Assembly: GCF_009914755.1 (NCBI RefSeq)
Contig: NC_060941.1
DNA from: the human T2T-CHM13v2.0 reference genome, Homo sapiens
Reading direction: 5' to 3' (one strand)
Length of the DNA: 64,000 nucleotides
The number at the start of each line of letters is the position of its first letter. The stretch's first letter is position 1. Under the pieces are notes generated by a model. That model did not search any database, was not told where the DNA came from, and saw only the letters and a list, made by a program, of their open reading frames with translations. Of the stretch, positions 61,945-64,000 are shown in pieces. The translations under genes and the position numbers were made by a program.

Positions 61945-62572
61945 TGCTACTGGAGAAGAGTCTTGATCCAGACCTCAAGAGAGGGTTCTTGGATCTTGTG
62001 TAAGAAATAATTTGAGGCCAATCCATAGAGAAAAGTGAAAGCAAGTTTATTAGAAAAGTAAAGAAACAAGAGAATGGCTACTCCATAGGCAAAGCAGCCC
62101 TGAGGGCTGCTGGCTGGCCACTTTTATGGTCATTTCCTGATTATATGCTAAAGAAGGGGTGGATTATTCATGAATTTTCTAGGAAAGGGGTGGGTAATTC
62201 CCGGAACTGAGAGTTCCTCCCCTTCATAGACTATATAGGGTAACTTCTTGACATTGCCATGGCATTTGTAAACTGTTATGGTGCTGGTAGGAGTGTCTTT
62301 TAGCGAGCTAATGCCTTATAATTAGCATATAATGAGCAGTGAGGATGACCAGAGGTCACTTTCATTGCCATTTTCCATTTGGTGGGTTTTGGCCGGCTTC
62401 TTTACCTCAGCCTGCTTTATCAGCAAGGTCTTTCTGACCTGTATCTTATGTGACCTCCTATCTCATCTTGTGATTTAGAATGCCTAACCTGCGAATGCAG
62501 CCCAGTAGGTCTCAGCCTTATTTTACCCAGCCTCTATTCAAAATAGAGTTGCTCTGGTTCAGATGACTGATA
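61945..62572 (-). mobile_element. MER41 solo LTR
   Basis: GATCCAGACCTCAAGAGAGGGTTCTTGGATCT ... CTATTCAAAATAGAGTTGCTCTGGTTCA. TSD AATT at 61941-61944 and 62573-62576. Confidence 0.9.
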
Positions 62573-62907
62573 AATTGATTGAATATTGCTTACCAGTGGT
62601 TTGAGCTTCCTTGCTGTACTTAGCTAGTGTTTTATTAAGTAAGGCTATGTTTGTACTAGGAACACTAATTTCTGAAGGGGATATAAATTTTTCCAGTTTA
62701 TATGAGCAGCACTTAGTGGTCATTAAATTGGATACTACTACATTAAGAAACTACCATTGCAGAATTCTCTATGAGTATGGCATTATAATCCAGATTGGTT
62801 TAAAATGTTAGCTAAACTGAATCAAAGAAACTGTACTGAGTTCCTATTAAGCAGCTAACTTGTTTATGTTCAATTGTTGCTTAGAAGCCTTTGTATTCTG
62901 TTTGAGT

Positions 62908-63217
62908 TGTTAAAACTTCAGACAAACTAAATTCAACAGAGTTTAACTGAACAAAGAATGATTTGCAGATCAGCAGCCTCTGGAACTAGAATAGGTTCAG
63001 AGTGACTCTGGGGTAGCTACATGGTTGGATAGTATTTGTGGACAGAAACAGCAAAGTGACATACAGAAAATGGAAGTGAGGTACAGGCCAGGCCCAGTGG
63101 CTTACACCTATAATCCCAGCACTTTAGGAGGCCAAGGCAGGAGGATTGCTTGAGCCCAGGAGTTTGAGACCACCCTGGGCAACATAGGGAGACCCCATCT
63201 CTTAAAAAAAAAAATAT

Positions 63218-63248
<31 letters not shown>

Positions 63249-63675
63249 TATGCAGGTGTACCACTCATGCCTGTGGTCCTAGCTACTCAGGAGACTGAGG
63301 TGGGAGGATCGCTTGAACCTGGGAGGTTGAGGCTGCAGTGAGCTATGATCACACCACTGCACCCCAGCCTAGGTGGCAGAGGGAGACCTTGTCTCAAAAA
63401 AAAAAAAAAAAAAAACAAAAAAAAAACAGGGAAGTGAGGTGTAGAAAGAGCTAGATTGGTTGCAGCCTAGTGTTTGCCTTATTTGAGCAGTTGGCTGCCT
63501 ATGACTGGCTGAAACTGGGCTGCTGTGATTGGCTGAGACTGGGCTACTTGTTACAAGAGTAGGTTAAAGTTTGTTTGCACATCCAGTTAGGTTACAGGTC
63601 ACTAGCTATGGAGGAACATTTAGGCTAAACTTAAAATATGTAAGGAGGCAGCTTTAGGCTAAACTTCTTATAACA
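62908..63675 (-). mobile_element. MER57-family LTR with an inserted Alu (63087-63425)
   Basis: Same terminus as 33030-33425 (GGAGGCAGCTTTAGGCTAAACTT). Alu flanked by duplicated GGAAGTGAGGT. Confidence 0.85.
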
Positions 63676-63789
63676 AGGTGATTAGAGCTAAGCTTAGGGA
63701 TCTCTTCATCTCTTAGACAGTATTAGAATCCTTCCTGTTTAAAGTTCCAGCTAAAGGATTTTTTTTTTTACATGACCCCCTATTTGATG

Positions 63790-64000
63790 CACTTAAGAGT
63801 TAAGAATGTGGGCTTCAGAGTCTGAGTACGTTGGTTGAAATCTCTTTTCCACCATTTGCTAGCCATGTGACTTCACGTACTTTTCTTATTTAGCAAATGA
63901 AAATAACTGTCATACCTACCTCCGGATTGCTGTGAGGATGAAATGAGATCATGGGTATGGAGAATGTGTATTTCAGTGTCTGGCACATTGCAAATACTTA
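63790..64000. mobile_element. MIR
   Basis: GGATTGCTGTGAGGATGAAATGAGAT and GTGTCTGGCACAT core motifs; a similar MIR lies at ~58400-58590. Confidence 0.8.

Overview
Primate (most likely human) genomic DNA that is very repeat-dense: about 70 Alu copies or fragments by eye, plus L1, MIR, L2, DNA transposons and more than 20 LTR/ERV pieces. The only protein-coding sequence I recognise is exon 1 of DHRS7B (ATG 57839, MVSPAT-R, donor 57859) in a CpG-island promoter. From prior knowledge this places the window at 17p11.2 between USP22 and DHRS7B. Nearly all ORFs in the supplied track are Alu/LTR artefacts; the exceptions are HML-3 gag fragments and an ERV env fragment. I found no new gene system that can be proven from sequence alone. 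The best leads are: (1) a candidate first exon at ~6.7 kb with YY1+ETS motifs, a strong-Kozak short ORF and a perfect donor (probably the local lncRNA); (2) target-site-duplication (TSD) evidence for an ancient ~5.5 kb inversion splitting a MER51 LTR and its L1 host; (3) a class I ERV pol/env/LTR relic at 32.8-44.5 kb interrupted by seven other LTRs; (4) a MER41 LTR with two intact GAS sites in DHRS7B intron 1; (5) an out-of-frame upstream AUG overlapping the DHRS7B start; (6) a truncated HML-3 provirus and an intact solo LTR12. Repeat family names are from memory of consensus sequences, and boundaries are approximate unless TSDs are given.
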